Made by a program: the position numbers and the translations under genes. From assembly GCA_965228875.1 (NCBI GenBank), contig OZ245843.1:2834616-2898615 (forward strand): a DNA stretch of 64,000 nucleotides, given 5' to 3'. The DNA is from Thalassobaculaceae bacterium (lineage in GTDB: Bacteria > Pseudomonadota > Alphaproteobacteria > Thalassobaculales > Thalassobaculaceae). Below, piece by piece: positions 1-13,640 of this stretch. Position 1 is the first letter of the stretch. Each line of letters begins with the position of its first letter. The notes under the pieces were generated by a model. The model did no database searches. It saw only the letters and a list, made by a program, of their open reading frames with translations, and was not told the origin of the DNA.

Positions 1-137
1 AGATGGCAACCTATCGGTCGCTCGTGGCCTCCCTATATCCCGGCCGATCGGTGCGATGCGCCCTGCTCTGGACCGACGGACCGTCGTTGATGGCCATCCC
101 CGACGTGCTGTTGCAGGGGTTTGGCGCATTGCCTTGA
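1..137 (+). CDS. addA: 3' end of double-strand-break repair helicase/nuclease AddA (partial, runs off window start)
   Basis: Frame 3 reads [44 protein letters not shown] (stop 135-137). This resembles the AddA nuclease-domain C-terminus, and addA-trxA is conserved alphaproteobacterial synteny. Not in the ORF track. Confidence 0.75.
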   Translation, partial: MATYRSLVASLYPGRSVRCALLWTDGPSLMAIPDVLLQGFGALP

Positions 138-192
138 CCATGGAAGGCGGCGTTCATACTCTCCGCCTGAGGAACCGCGAAAGGATGATTCG

Positions 193-513
193 ATGACGAC
201 AAGCCCGGTTTCCGACGCCACGTTCGATGAGGACGTCCTGAAGTCCGATACCCCGGTGGTGGTCGACTTCTGGGCGGAGTGGTGCGGTCCCTGCAAGATG
301 ATCGGCCCGTCCCTGGAGAAGATCTCCGACGAGCTCGGCTCGCAGGTGAAGGTCGTGAAGCTGAACATCGACGACAACCCGAAGACCCCCGCCGCCTACG
401 GCGTGCGCGGCATTCCGACGCTGATGGTCTTCAAGGACGGTCAGGTGCACGCGCAGAAGATCGGCGCCCTGCCCGAGAACCAGCTGAAGAACTGGATCGA
501 GTCGTCGATCTGA
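193..513 (+). CDS. trxA: Thioredoxin
   Basis: WCGPC active site, [23 protein letters not shown] at 193 after AAAGGA. Confidence 0.97.
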   Translation: MTTSPVSDATFDEDVLKSDTPVVVDFWAEWCGPCKMIGPSLEKISDELGSQVKVVKLNIDDNPKTPAAYGVRGIPTLMVFKDGQVHAQKIGALPENQLKNWIESSI

Positions 514-547
514 CCGACGCCCCGACCGGCCGAACGATCGGTTTTGC

Positions 548-573
548 AACGGCCCCGCTTCGGTGGGGCCGTT
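548..573. terminator. Hairpin terminator between convergent trxA and folC
   Basis: AACGGCCCCGC-TTCG-GTGGGGCCGTT stem with a UUCG loop. Confidence 0.75.
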
Positions 574-583
574 CGCGTTCGGC

Positions 584-1918
584 CTACCCGTTCTCCGCTA
601 GTACGCGCCCGGCGAGGTAGAGCGAGCCGGCGATCAGCACCCGACCGCGCGGACCGCATCCCGCGACGACATCGGACAGAGCCTCGGCCACGCCCGCCCG
701 GGCGGCCGCGGCCACGCCGGCTGTGCTCGCCATCGCGGCCACCGCCTCCGCCGACAGGCTGGCGGTCTCGCCCGGAATGGCCACGGTCGACACGCTCGCC
801 GGCAGTCCGGCAAAGGGGCGAAGGTAGTCGTCGGCCGCCTTGGTGTTCAGCATGCCGACGATCAGGTGAACCGGCTCGTCCGGCCTCTCACGTTTCCAGG
901 CGGCGACCTGGGCCGCCACCGCGCGGCCGGCATCGGCGTTGTGCCCGCCGTCGAGCCATAGCGTCCAGCCGTCGGGCAGCGCGTCGACCAGCGGCCCCCG
1001 CACCAAGTTCTGCATGCGCGCCGGCCAGGACGCCTGGCGCAGGCCCTGTCGACGATGCTCGACCGTGTTGGCCAGCGTTCCCGCCACCGTGCGGGCTATG
1101 ATGACGGCGATCGCGGCATTCTCGACCTGGTGCTCGCCCGCCAGCGCCGGCAGCGGCAGACCCTCCGCCGTGGCGTCCAGGGAGACCGTCATCCCATCGG
1201 CATCCGCGGCAACGGAGAAATCGCGGGCGAACACCCGCGCCGGGGCGTCCAGCGCGGCCGCCCGCTCGAGAATGACCTCCAGCGCCGTCGGCGTCTGCGG
1301 GCCGACGACCAACGGCACGCCCGGTTTGATGATGCCCGCCTTCTCGAAGGCGATCTTCTCGATCGTACCGCCGAGGAACTGGACGTGGTCGATGGAGACC
1401 GGGGTGATCGCCGTGGCCAGCGGCCGATCGATCACGTTGGTCGCGTCGAACCGCCCGCCGAGACCGACCTCGAGCAGGAGCACGTCCGCCGGCACCCGCG
1501 AGAAGGCCAGGAACGCGGCGGCCGTGGTGATCTCGAACAGGGTGATCGGCGCGCCGCCATTCGCCGCCTCGCACTCCTCCAGCACCGCGGAGAATGTTCC
1601 GTCGTCGATCAGGGCGCCGGCAAGCCGGATCCGCTCGTTAAAGCGCACCAGATGCGGGGAGGTGTAGGCGTGCACCCGGTGCCCCGCCGCCTCCAGGATC
1701 GACCGGGTATAGGCGACCACCGAGCCCTTGCCGTTGGTGCCCGCCACATGGATGACCGGCGGCACCGCCCGTTCCGGGTTGCCAAGCCGATCCAGCAGGG
1801 CCTGAAGCCGGCCGAGCGACAGGTCGATCGCCTTCGGGTGCAGGGTCTGCAGCCGCACCAGAATGGCGTCCGGCGCGGGCGCGCCCGGAGGAGCCGAGGG
1901 ATTGGCGGGGATGGACAT
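584..1918 (-). CDS. folC: Bifunctional folylpolyglutamate synthase/dihydrofolate synthase
   Basis: IHVAGTNGKGS, YTSPHL, EVGLGGRFDATN, LDGGHN, GSLYLAG; ATG at 1918. Confidence 0.96.
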   Translation of the reverse strand: MSIPANPSAPPGAPAPDAILVRLQTLHPKAIDLSLGRLQALLDRLGNPERAVPPVIHVAGTNGKGSVVAYTRSILEAAGHRVHAYTSPHLVRFNERIRLAGALIDDGTFSAVLEECEAANGGAPITLFEITTAAAFLAFSRVPADVLLLEVGLGGRFDATNVIDRPLATAITPVSIDHVQFLGGTIEKIAFEKAGIIKPGVPLVVGPQTPTALEVILERAAALDAPARVFARDFSVAADADGMTVSLDATAEGLPLPALAGEHQVENAAIAVIIARTVAGTLANTVEHRRQGLRQASWPARMQNLVRGPLVDALPDGWTLWLDGGHNADAGRAVAAQVAAWKRERPDEPVHLIVGMLNTKAADDYLRPFAGLPASVSTVAIPGETASLSAEAVAAMASTAGVAAAARAGVAEALSDVVAGCGPRGRVLIAGSLYLAGRVLAENG

Positions 1919-1937
1919 GGCCTTGGGACGCGGCGGC

Positions 1938-2939
1938 TCAGGGTTTGGGCGGTTCGGCCGCCTCCGTCTCGCCAGCCGGCTTCGGCTCCGCCAGCTTGGC
2001 ACCGACCTGCTCGACCTCCGCCTCGACCACCCGTTCCTGCTCGGGGATGTCGAGGTCGGGCTGCGGCAGGGCGACCACGTCGGCAGAGGGCTCGCGGAAC
2101 ATGAGAAGCCCCAGCAGCCGGCCCAGCATCGCCTTGAGATCGCGGCGGTGGACGACGGCGTCGACCATGCCGTGATCCTGCAGGTACTCGGCCTTCTGGA
2201 AACCGTCCGGCAGTTGTTCGCGGATGGTCTCCTGGATCACCCGCTGGCCGGCGAAGCCGATGATCGACCCCGGCTCGGCCAGGTGCAGGTCGCCCAGCAT
2301 GGCGAAGGACGCGGTGACGCCGCCGGTCGTCGGGTCGGTCAGCACGACGATGAAGGGCAGGCCCTTCTCCTTCAGCCGCTCGACCGCGGCGACCGATCGC
2401 GGCATCTGCATCAGCGACAGGATGCCTTCCTGCATCCGCGCGCCGCCCGACGCCGGGAACACGATCAATCCGGCGTCCTGGGTCTCCGCCAGCCGGGCCG
2501 CCCGGACCAGACCCTCGCCGACGCCGGTGCCCATGGAACCGCCCATGAACGCGAAGTCGAACACGGCGCACACCGCTGGTGCGGTCTCGATGGTGCCGTG
2601 GGCGACCACGATGGCATCGCTGCGCCCGGCCTTGACCTGAGCCTCGCGCAGCCTGTCGGTGTATCGCTTGCGGTCGCGGAACTTGAGCGGATCGACCGCC
2701 GTCTTCGGCAGTTCGATGGTCTGATACTCGCCGCGATCGAACAGCATCGCCAACCGGTCCGTCGCGCTCATCCGCAGGTGATGATCGCAGGCGGTGCAGA
2801 CCTGGAGGTTCTCCTCCAGGTCGCGGTGGAACAACATCTGCCCGCAGGACGGACACTTGTGCCACAGGTTGTCGGGCACCTCGCGCGCGCCGACCCAGGC
2901 CTTGATCTTCGGCAGGACCGAGCTGGTGAGCCAGTTCAT
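1938..2939 (-). CDS. accD: Acetyl-CoA carboxylase carboxyltransferase beta subunit
   Basis: N-terminal CxxC...CxxC zinc ribbon, FMGGSMG, SGGARMQEG, PTTGGVTASFA. Confidence 0.97.
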   Translation of the reverse strand: MNWLTSSVLPKIKAWVGAREVPDNLWHKCPSCGQMLFHRDLEENLQVCTACDHHLRMSATDRLAMLFDRGEYQTIELPKTAVDPLKFRDRKRYTDRLREAQVKAGRSDAIVVAHGTIETAPAVCAVFDFAFMGGSMGTGVGEGLVRAARLAETQDAGLIVFPASGGARMQEGILSLMQMPRSVAAVERLKEKGLPFIVVLTDPTTGGVTASFAMLGDLHLAEPGSIIGFAGQRVIQETIREQLPDGFQKAEYLQDHGMVDAVVHRRDLKAMLGRLLGLLMFREPSADVVALPQPDLDIPEQERVVEAEVEQVGAKLAEPKPAGETEAAEPPKP

Positions 2940-2982
2940 CGCCGCCTCTCTCTTCCTTCGGTTGCTTCGTCGCCTCTCCGGG

Positions 2983-3819
2983 TCAGGCGCGCGCGCCGCG
3001 CACGCCGTCCGCCAGCGTCTTCACGAAGTCCAGGGTAGCCGACACGGTGCCGTCCGTCGCCCTGCCGTCGGCGTCGAGCGAGCCCTTGATCGCGTTGACC
3101 ACCGCCGTGCCGACGATGGCGCCGTCGGCCACCTTCGCCACGTCCGCCGCCTGCTCCGGCGTCTTGATGCCGAACCCGACGCAGACCGGCAGGTCGGTGT
3201 GCCGCTTCAGCCGCTCGACCGCGCCGGTGATGACGTCGCTTGAAGCGGAAGCCGTGCCCGTGATGCCGGCGATCGCGACGTAGTAGACGAAGCCGGCCGT
3301 GTTGGTCAGCACCTTGGGCAGACGCTTGTCGTCGGTCGTCGGGGTGGCCAGCCGGATGAAGGCCATGTCCCGCTTCAGGGCGGGGACGCAGAGCTCGTCA
3401 TCCTCCTCCGGTGGCAGGTCGACGACGATCAGCCCGTCGGCCCCGGCGTCCAGCGCGTCGGTCAGGAACGCATCCACCCCGTAGGAATAGATCGGGTTGT
3501 AGTAGCCCATCAGAATGATCGGCATGTCCTGGTTGTCCTGGCGGAATTCCCGCACCAGGGCGAGCGTGCCCTTCAGCGTCATGCCGCCCTTGAGCGCGCG
3601 CTGGCTCGCTTCCTGGATCGCCGGGCCGTCGGCCATGGGATCGGTGAACGGCATGCCGAACTCGACCATGTCGGCCCCCGCGTCCGGCAGGCCCTTCAGG
3701 ATCGCCGCGCTGGTCGCCGCGTCCGGGTCGCCGGCGGTGATGAACACGCCGAGCCCGGCGCGGCCCTCCGCCCTGAGCGCCGCGAACTTGGCGTCGATCC
3801 GCCCCACACCAGCCTTCAT
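2983..3819 (-). CDS. trpA: Tryptophan synthase alpha chain
   Basis: [42 protein letters not shown] at 3819 overlaps the trpB stop. Confidence 0.97.
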   Translation of the reverse strand: MKAGVGRIDAKFAALRAEGRAGLGVFITAGDPDAATSAAILKGLPDAGADMVEFGMPFTDPMADGPAIQEASQRALKGGMTLKGTLALVREFRQDNQDMPIILMGYYNPIYSYGVDAFLTDALDAGADGLIVVDLPPEEDDELCVPALKRDMAFIRLATPTTDDKRLPKVLTNTAGFVYYVAIAGITGTASASSDVITGAVERLKRHTDLPVCVGFGIKTPEQAADVAKVADGAIVGTAVVNAIKGSLDADGRATDGTVSATLDFVKTLADGVRGARA

Positions 3820-5045
3820 CAGAGCAGACCCTTCGCCTCGAGCTTCGGAATGACGGCGTCGACGTCCTTGTCGCCGCGCCCGCACAGGTTCATGACCATG
3901 ATGTGGTCCTTCGGCAGGTCGCCGATCACCTTGCCCACATGGGCCAGTGCGTGCGACGGCTCCAGCGCCGGGATGATCCCCTCCTTGCGCGTGCACAGCG
4001 CGAAGGCCTCCAGCGCCTCGTCATCGGTCACCGACACGTAGTTCACCCGGCCGAGCTCGTGCAGCCAGGAGTGCTCCGGTCCGATGCCCGGATAGTCGAG
4101 GCCGGCGGAAATCGAGTGCGCCTCGGCAATCTGGCCGTCGTCGTCCTGCAGCAGATAGGTGCGGTTGCCGTGCAGCACGCCCGGTCGCCCGCCGGTCAGC
4201 GAGGCGGCATGCTGGTCGGTATCGACCCCGTAGCCGCCGGCTTCGACGCCGACCAGGGCCACGTCGGTGTCGTCGAGGAAGGGGTGGAACAGGCCCATGG
4301 CGTTCGACCCACCGCCGATCGCCGCCACCAGGGTGTCCGGCAGCCGCCCCTCGGCCTCCAGCATCTGCGCCCGGGTCTCGACGCCGATCACCGACTGGAA
4401 GTCGCGGACCATGGCCGGATAGGGGTGCGGGCCGGCGACGGTGCCGATGATGTAGAAGTGGGTCTCCGGCTTGGAGACCCAGTAGCGCAGGGCCTCGTTC
4501 ATCGCGTCCTTGAGCGTGGACGAGCCCGAGGTCACCGGGTGGACCGTGGCGCCGAGCAGGCGCATCCGGTCCACGTTCGGTTTCTGACGGGCGACGTCGA
4601 CCGCGCCCATGAAGACCTCGCACTCCATGCCGAACAGAGCACAGGCGGTGGCGGTCGCCACCCCGTGCTGACCGGCGCCGGTCTCGGCGATGATCCTGGT
4701 CTTGCCCATGCGCTTGGCGAGCAGCGCTTGGCCGATCACGTTGTTGATCTTGTGCGCGCCGGTGTGGTTCAGCTCGTCGCGTTTGAAGTACAGCTTGCCG
4801 CCGCCGTAGTGCTCGGTGAGGCGCTCTGCGAAATACAGTGGGCTCGGCCGCCCGATGTAGTGCTTCTGATAGTACTCGAACTCGCGCTGAAACTCGGGAT
4901 CCAGTTTGGCGGCGTTGTAGGCCGCCTCGACGTCGAGAATCAGGGGCATAAGCGTTTCGGCGACGTAACGGCCGCCGAAGATGCCGAAATGCCCGTTCTC
5001 GTCCGGACCGGATCGCAGGCTGTTCGCGGGGGCTGGGCTGGCCAT
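3819..5045 (-). CDS. trpB: Tryptophan synthase beta chain
   Basis: [11 protein letters not shown] (PLP lysine), [30 protein letters not shown]. Confidence 0.98.
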   Translation of the reverse strand: MASPAPANSLRSGPDENGHFGIFGGRYVAETLMPLILDVEAAYNAAKLDPEFQREFEYYQKHYIGRPSPLYFAERLTEHYGGGKLYFKRDELNHTGAHKINNVIGQALLAKRMGKTRIIAETGAGQHGVATATACALFGMECEVFMGAVDVARQKPNVDRMRLLGATVHPVTSGSSTLKDAMNEALRYWVSKPETHFYIIGTVAGPHPYPAMVRDFQSVIGVETRAQMLEAEGRLPDTLVAAIGGGSNAMGLFHPFLDDTDVALVGVEAGGYGVDTDQHAASLTGGRPGVLHGNRTYLLQDDDGQIAEAHSISAGLDYPGIGPEHSWLHELGRVNYVSVTDDEALEAFALCTRKEGIIPALEPSHALAHVGKVIGDLPKDHIMVMNLCGRGDKDVDAVIPKLEAKGLL

Positions 5046-5216
5046 GCCGGGACCTCATCAACGCATGTAACCGGATGGTCTTAAGGCCGGGCGTGGGGTG
5101 ATGCAAGGGAGGAGCGGTGCTGACGGTAGTGCCTGGGAGAGAACCATCGGGCCGCATGTCGCTCAGGGTCGAGCTGCTGCGTTCAGGGTGGCAGATTTGT
5201 GGCGGATTGGAGAGGC

Positions 5217-5314
5217 TGGGTCCCAGGTCAGGCCCGGGGTCTGCCAGGATGACGGTTCCATGAACTCTACAGCCTAACCCGGCATCCCGGACGAGACCGG
5301 ACCTGATCCGGGGG
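5217..5314. repeat. Degenerate intergenic palindromic (REP-like) element
   Basis: 5217-5256 and 5277-5314 are imperfect reverse complements, each with an internal palindrome (CCGGACCTGATCCGG in the second). Confidence 0.45.
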
Positions 5315-5376
5315 CTGACCGGGCCCCCGAAGACGCCAGCCGGCGATCTGGCACGAAGAAAGAAGAGCAAAAGAAA

Positions 5377-5402
5377 GAGGACGGCCGCATCCGACCGTCC
5401 TC
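5377..5402 (-). terminator. Rho-independent terminator of clpB
   Basis: GAGGACGG...CCGTCCTC stem followed on the minus strand by TTTCTTTT. Confidence 0.7.
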
Positions 5403-5445
5403 CTTCCAGACAATCCGCGGTGATCCGCGAGCCCCGGCGGCAGAC

Positions 5446-8061
<2,616 letters not shown>

Positions 8062-8209
8062 CGCCTCTCTCCACGAGTACCGCGTTTCGCCAGTACGACG
8101 GCCGGCGCCCCTTGCGGCGACACCGACGGTCCGGTCCGAGATGCCGAGACTATACCTCCGCCCCCGGTCTTCGGGCGGCCCGAAGCGGCGCCGCCCATCC
8201 TCGTACCTG

Positions 8210-8238
8210 ACATGGGTGTTGCACTGCGGCAACACAAG
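8210..8238 (-). promoter_or_regulatory. Putative RpoH (sigma32) promoter of clpB with an embedded inverted repeat
   Basis: Minus strand CTTG-N18-CCCATGT upstream of a heat-shock gene. GTGTTGC-N6-GCAACAC palindrome at 8216-8235. Confidence 0.55.
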
Positions 8239-8307
8239 ACGCCGCCGCACCCCTCGGCGCGGCCCGGCCGCGTTGACAGGGCGCGCGAGGGGGCGTTCTG
8301 TCGAGGC

Positions 8308-9066
8308 ATGAGCGCGCATGTGACATCGATCAGGCGATATCCGGTCAAGGGACTGTCGGCAGAGACCCTCGACTCCGTCGATCTCGAAGCGGACCGGCTG
8401 ATCCCGTTCGACCGGCGGTTCGCCGTCTCTCACGGCTCCTCCCCGGTCGACCCGGCCGCCCCCGAATGGCTGTCGAAGGCGCATTTCCTGCAGGTGATGA
8501 GCGCGCCGAAGCTGGCGGCGCTCGAGACCCGGTTCGACGACGCGACGGCGACCCTGGAGATCCGGCGCAACGGCCGACACATCGCCAGCGGCGAGCTGAC
8601 GACCCGCACGGGCTGCACCGTGATCGAGCAGTTCTTCGCCGCGTATGCCAAGAACGAGCTGCGCGGCGCGCCGAAAATCGTCGATCTCGGCAGCCGTGGC
8701 TTCACCGACGTCGACGCGCCCTACCTGTCGATCATCAACCTCGCTTCGGTCCGCGACCTCGAACGGGTGGTCGGGCAACCCGTGGATCCATTGCGGTTTC
8801 GGGGCAACCTGCTGATCGACGGGCCGGAGCCGTGGGCCGAGATGAACTGGGTCGGCTCGACGCTGACCGTCGGATCCGTGACACTGACCGTGGAAGCCAC
8901 CATCGGCCGCTGCGCCGCGACGAACGCCAATCCGGAGACCGGTCAGCGCGACCTCACCATTCCGCGCGACCTGCAGCGCGGCTTCGGTCACACCGATTGC
9001 GGCGTTTACGCCCGCGTCACCACCGGCGGCACCATCGCCGTCGGCGACACGCTGACGGTCGCCTGA
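8308..9066 (+). CDS. MOSC domain-containing protein
   Basis: [46 protein letters not shown]. Confidence 0.9.
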   Translation: MSAHVTSIRRYPVKGLSAETLDSVDLEADRLIPFDRRFAVSHGSSPVDPAAPEWLSKAHFLQVMSAPKLAALETRFDDATATLEIRRNGRHIASGELTTRTGCTVIEQFFAAYAKNELRGAPKIVDLGSRGFTDVDAPYLSIINLASVRDLERVVGQPVDPLRFRGNLLIDGPEPWAEMNWVGSTLTVGSVTLTVEATIGRCAATNANPETGQRDLTIPRDLQRGFGHTDCGVYARVTTGGTIAVGDTLTVA

Positions 9067-9155
9067 ACCGACCAGCCGGCCTGGCCGCGCCGGCCGCGCA
9101 ACCAGAGCGGTTCACGATCAGGCGGAACCCTCCGGCTTTGTGAATCCGCTCCATC

Positions 9156-9191
9156 TTTCCTGGCCCAATTAAATTTCCCGGCCCAATTAAA
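9156..9191. repeat. 18-bp tandem duplication
   Basis: TTTCCTGGCCCAATTAAA followed by TTTCCCGGCCCAATTAAA. Confidence 0.85.
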
Positions 9192-9192
9192 T

Positions 9193-9216
9193 AGGCCCGA
9201 TCCGGGGATCGGGCCT
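9193..9216. terminator. Hairpin terminator between convergent genes
   Basis: AGGCCCGATCC-GG-GGATCGGGCCT inverted repeat. Confidence 0.7.
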
Positions 9217-9247
9217 GATTTCTGCGATATCGTTGAGAACGCTCGAG

Positions 9248-10069
9248 TCAGCTCGCCGCGGCGGCGCCATCGTCTTCGGCGCCCCCCGGCTGCTCCGTGC
9301 TTGCAGCGGCACGGCGACGGCGGCGCGGACGCGGCGCCTCCTCCTCGGCTGCCGGGGCGGTTTCGCCAGCGGAATCGGCGGTCTCATTACTGCTGGCAAC
9401 CCGCAGGGTGCGACGGATACCGTCCTCCTCGACCGCCGGCGCAGCATCATCGGCGGCCGCAGCGGCCGCGCGACGCGGGCGCCCCCGGGGACGACGCGCC
9501 GGAGCGGCGGCCTCCGCCGGAGCGGCTTCGGACTGAGCGGCCTCGGACTGCGTGGTTTCGGACTGAGCGGCTTCAGGCTGGGCCGTGTCAGACTGGGAGC
9601 CGTCGTTGCCCTGACCGGAGGCGCGCTCGTTGCTCTCCAGATCGTCGGAGGCACGCCGGTCGCTCCGGCGGTCTTCGCGACCACCGCCGGATCCGTTTCC
9701 GCCACCCGCGTTGCCGCCGGCCCGCGCCTCGTCACGCTCGTCCTCATCGTCCGACCAGTCGCGCGGCCCGCCATTCGGCTGCTGACCCTGGCCGTTAGCC
9801 CGGTCGCGACGTTCGGCATCGTTCTCGGCGAACGCGCTGACAATCCGGTAATAGTGATCGGCGTGCTGGAAATAGCTCTCGGCCAGGACCCGGTCGCCGG
9901 AGGCCGAGGCGTCCCTGGCAAGCGTCAGGTACTTCTCGTACACCTGATGGGCGTTTCCACGGATCCGAACATCAGGCCCATTGCTGTCGAAGGTCTGGTT
10001 GCGGTTCGGCGTGTTCGGGCGACGATTACCCCGTCCGCGACCACGCTTCTGGTGTGGGCCTTGTCTCAT
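9248..10069 (-). CDS. DUF4167 domain protein with long low-complexity C-terminus
   Basis: FDSNGPDVRIRGNAHQVYEKYLTLARDA...ESYFQHADHYYRI; usual position downstream of prmC. Confidence 0.9.
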   Translation of the reverse strand: MRQGPHQKRGRGRGNRRPNTPNRNQTFDSNGPDVRIRGNAHQVYEKYLTLARDASASGDRVLAESYFQHADHYYRIVSAFAENDAERRDRANGQGQQPNGGPRDWSDDEDERDEARAGGNAGGGNGSGGGREDRRSDRRASDDLESNERASGQGNDGSQSDTAQPEAAQSETTQSEAAQSEAAPAEAAAPARRPRGRPRRAAAAAADDAAPAVEEDGIRRTLRVASSNETADSAGETAPAAEEEAPRPRRRRRAAASTEQPGGAEDDGAAAAS

Positions 10070-10281
10070 GCCAAACACATTTCCTGTTGTTTCGAAGCGG
10101 ACCCCGTGTCCGGTTCGCGGGCCACTCTTTCAAACAGGACGGCCGGCGCTCCCCTTGGGTACCGGGCGGACCGCGCTCTGCGATCACCATGCTGCGAGTG
10201 ACGACGGCCGAGACCAAATGAGCCCCGATGCCTGAGCGCCACACTATCTCGCTTCCCCAAGGATTCCAAGCGGTTTTCGGA

Positions 10282-11148
10282 CTACTTGGGAGTTCCTGAA
10301 CGGGTGTAATTCCATTTCAGAACAAGTGCTCTCATGACTCCGCCCAGATCCGGGCGTCGTTCAACTTCACGTAGTCCTACCCCCGCCATGATCGCCACCA
10401 CCGCGTCTGCCTGACCGATGCCGAGCTCGAGAATCGCCACTCCATCGGCGCTCAGTCCGCCGGCGAGAACCGGTGCGAGCGCGCGATAGGCGTCGAGACC
10501 GTCCGTCCCCGCCGCCAGGGCGGCATATGGATCGTGCGCCCGGACCTCCGGCGCCAGTTCGGCGATTTCGCCAGCCGCGATGTAGGGAGGGTTGGACAGG
10601 ATCAGGTCGAACCCTTCGTCCGCCGGCAGGTCCGACCAGTCCAGACAACGGATCTCGGCCCGGTCGGCAAGCCCGCTGTCCCCGGCGTTGCGCCGCGCCA
10701 CCGCCGCCGCGTCGACCGACCGCTCCACCCCGAGGCCGGTCGCCTGCCGGAACTCGGCCAGCGCCGCCAGCAGCAGGCACCCGGTGCCGGTACCGAGATC
10801 CAGGATCCGGGTCGGCTGCGGGCGGTCGTGGAAGGCGGCCAACGCCGCCTCGATCAGGGTTTCGCTGTCGGGCCGGGGGTCCAGCGTGGCCGGGGTGACA
10901 TGCAGGTCGAGGGTCCAGAAGGCCCGCCGGCCGAGAATACGGCTGACCGGCTCCCGCGCGCGGCGACGGTTCACCAGAGCACGGAAGCCCGCCAGCGCCG
11001 ATTCGCCGAGAACGCTCTCCTCATGCGGCCAGACCTCTCGTCCCAGGGCGTGACCAAGCAGCAGGCGGGCGTCGAGCCGCCCCCCCTCCAGCCCGGCCGC
11101 CGTCAGGTCAGCCGCCGCCGCTCGCAGCGCCTCGCGAATCGTCGTCAC
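10282..11148 (-). CDS. prmC: Release factor glutamine methyltransferase
   Basis: PRPDSETL, LDLGTGTGC, SNPPY; follows prfA. Confidence 0.96.
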   Translation of the reverse strand: MTTIREALRAAAADLTAAGLEGGRLDARLLLGHALGREVWPHEESVLGESALAGFRALVNRRRAREPVSRILGRRAFWTLDLHVTPATLDPRPDSETLIEAALAAFHDRPQPTRILDLGTGTGCLLLAALAEFRQATGLGVERSVDAAAVARRNAGDSGLADRAEIRCLDWSDLPADEGFDLILSNPPYIAAGEIAELAPEVRAHDPYAALAAGTDGLDAYRALAPVLAGGLSADGVAILELGIGQADAVVAIMAGVGLREVERRPDLGGVMRALVLKWNYTRSGTPK

Positions 11149-11158
11149 GGCCGCCCCG

Positions 11159-12229
11159 TCAGGTCAGCGTCGCGAGGCGCTCGGCCTCGTCCTCGGCGAT
11201 CAGCGCGTCGAGAACCTCGTCCAGCGCCTCGCCGGTGACGACCCGGTCGAGCTTGTAGAGGGTGAGATTGATGCGGTGGTCGGTCACCCGGCCCTGCGGG
11301 AAGTTGTAGGTGCGGATCCGCTCGGAGCGATCGCCGGAGCCGACCTGGCTCTTGCGGTCCGCCGCCCGCGCGTCGTCCGCCGCCTGGCGCTGCAGGTCGT
11401 AAAGACGGGCGCGCAGGATCCGCATGGCCTTGGCCCGGTTCTTGTGCTGCGACTTCTCGTCCTGCTGGGTGACGACGACGCCGGTCGGAATGTGGGTGAT
11501 GCGCACCGCGCTGTCGGTGGTGTTCACGTGCTGGCCGCCGGCGCCGCTGGAGCGGTAGACGTCGACCCGCAGATCCTTGTCCTCGATATGGATGTCGACT
11601 TCCTCGGCCTCCGGCAGCACGGCGACGGTGGCGGCGGAGGTGTGAATCCGGCCCTGGCTCTCCGTCACCGGCACGCGTTGCACCCGATGTACGCCGGACT
11701 CGAACTTCAGCCTGGCATAGACCCCGCGTCCGGTGATCGAGGCGACCGCCTCCTTGTAGCCGCCAAGCTCGTTCTCGGAGACCTCCATGACCTCGAAACG
11801 CCACCCGCGGGCCTGACTGTAGCGCTGGTACATGGCGAACAGATCGGAGGCGAACAGGGCCGCCTCGTCGCCGCCCGTGCCGGCACGAACCTCCAGGATG
11901 ACGTTCTTCTCGTCCGCCTCGTCCTTCGGCAGCAGGAGGATTTGGACCTCCCGCTCCAGCGCCGGCAGACGGCCCTCGATCTCGGCGACCTCGAGCGCCG
12001 CCAACTCCCGCATCTCGGCATCGCTCTCCTCGACCAGCGCGCGGGCCTCGTCGAGCTCAGCGCGGGTGCGTTTCAGTTCCTCGACCTTGGCCACCACCGG
12101 CGCCAGTTCCGAGAGCTCCCGCGATGTCTTCTGGAAGCCCGCGGAATCCAGTCCATCGGGGCTCGACAGCAGCGCCTCAAGCTCCTTCGCGCGATCGACC
12201 ACCCGGTCGAGGGTCGCCTCAAGGCTCAC
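11159..12229 (-). CDS. prfA: Peptide chain release factor 1
   Basis: GGQ motif (SGAGGQHVN), PxT motif (VPVTE), [17 protein letters not shown]. Confidence 0.98.
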   Translation of the reverse strand: MSLEATLDRVVDRAKELEALLSSPDGLDSAGFQKTSRELSELAPVVAKVEELKRTRAELDEARALVEESDAEMRELAALEVAEIEGRLPALEREVQILLLPKDEADEKNVILEVRAGTGGDEAALFASDLFAMYQRYSQARGWRFEVMEVSENELGGYKEAVASITGRGVYARLKFESGVHRVQRVPVTESQGRIHTSAATVAVLPEAEEVDIHIEDKDLRVDVYRSSGAGGQHVNTTDSAVRITHIPTGVVVTQQDEKSQHKNRAKAMRILRARLYDLQRQAADDARAADRKSQVGSGDRSERIRTYNFPQGRVTDHRINLTLYKLDRVVTGEALDEVLDALIAEDEAERLATLT

Positions 12230-13515
12230 GTCTCGTCTCCTTCATCCAAATCCGATACGGCCGCCGGATCCCCGACGACCGGCCCCGGCAGACCGAACAG
12301 GCGCGCCGCCAGTGCGCGGCTCCGCCGGTCCAGCCGTCCCTCCTCCGCCATGCGCCTCAGTTCGACCGACGGGGCGTGGGCCAATCTCGCGGCGATCCTG
12401 CGGGCGAGGTCCGCGTCGCCGGGCACCACCTCACCGACCAATGCCTCGATCTGAGCGCGCAGCGCCGCAATGTCGGGCGCGGCATCGCGGGCCGAGCGGG
12501 CACGGGTGAACGCGGCCACCGCCTCCTCTACCATGAGCTCGGCCCGCGTCGCCTCCCCGGCGCGGTCCGCCAGGCCGGCGCGGGTGATCCCCTCCAGGTC
12601 GCCCAGATCGTAGACGAACGCCTCTTCGAGACGGTGAACCGCAGGCTCGACATCGCCGGGCACCGACAGGTCCAGCAGAAACATCGGCCGCCGGCGACGG
12701 CGGCGCAAGGCCGCCTCGATCATCTCGGCGCCGATCAGATAACGCCCCTCGCCGAGCGTCGTGACGACGACGTCGGCCCGATCGAGGGCCGGACCCAGCG
12801 CATCCAGGCCGCCGTGATGGGCGCCGAGGGTCCGGGCGGCCAGACCGGCGCGGCGCGGAAAGCGGTCGAGCACCTCGAGCCTGTCCATCCCGGCGCCCGC
12901 AAGATGTTCGGCGATCAGCAGACCGAGTTCGCCGGTACCGGCGAGGACGCCGCTGCGTCCCGCAAGGTCACCGAAGAGGTCGCGCACGCGCGCCACCGCG
13001 GCGGCGGCGAGAGAGACCGGCCCCTCGCCGATCCGCGTCTCGCTGCGCACCCGCTTGGCGATCGCATAGGCGGCCCGCAGCGCCTCTTCCAGCGTCGGTC
13101 CGGTACCGCCGAGATCGCGGCACAGCCGGTGGGCGGCCCGGACCTGGCCGAGAACCTGCGGCTCGCCGACCACCTGGCTGTCGAGGGCGCAGGCGACCCG
13201 GAACATGTGGCCGATCGCCTCGGCCCGGCGATGAACGTAAAGCAGCGACCGCAGGACCGGGGACGCCAGGCCGACCGGCCCCCCGAGAGCGCCGGCAACG
13301 AGGTCGGGCGCAGTGTCGGGATCGGTGAAGCGACCGATCACCTCGACCCGGTTGCAGGTCGACAGGACCATGACCTCCTCCGCGCCGCCGGACTGGAGGG
13401 CGGACAGCATCGCCGGCATCTCGGAATCATCGACGAACAGCTTTTCCCGGACCCCGTCGGGGCACGTGCGGTGATCGACGCCGATCACCTGGAGCGGCGG
13501 AGCTGAGACGGTCAC
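12226..13515 (-). CDS. hemA: Glutamyl-tRNA reductase
   Basis: LSTCNRVE catalytic Cys, [39 protein letters not shown]. Confidence 0.92.
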   Translation of the reverse strand: MTVSAPPLQVIGVDHRTCPDGVREKLFVDDSEMPAMLSALQSGGAEEVMVLSTCNRVEVIGRFTDPDTAPDLVAGALGGPVGLASPVLRSLLYVHRRAEAIGHMFRVACALDSQVVGEPQVLGQVRAAHRLCRDLGGTGPTLEEALRAAYAIAKRVRSETRIGEGPVSLAAAAVARVRDLFGDLAGRSGVLAGTGELGLLIAEHLAGAGMDRLEVLDRFPRRAGLAARTLGAHHGGLDALGPALDRADVVVTTLGEGRYLIGAEMIEAALRRRRRRPMFLLDLSVPGDVEPAVHRLEEAFVYDLGDLEGITRAGLADRAGEATRAELMVEEAVAAFTRARSARDAAPDIAALRAQIEALVGEVVPGDADLARRIAARLAHAPSVELRRMAEEGRLDRRSRALAARLFGLPGPVVGDPAAVSDLDEGDET

Positions 13516-13640
13516 TGCGCGGCCCTATAATGCCGGGGTCCGCGCCCCCTCGATCCGGTCGAGTCCGCGCTCCAGATACAGTATTGCCAAGACCCGGCTC
13601 CTCCGGCGGGCGGCCGTCGCGTCGCGTTCCTCTCTCAACT

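Noticed and set aside
8062..8991. N-terminal extension making ClpB 1181 aa
   Set aside because: It is antisense read-through of the MOSC gene; ClpB homology starts at 8061.
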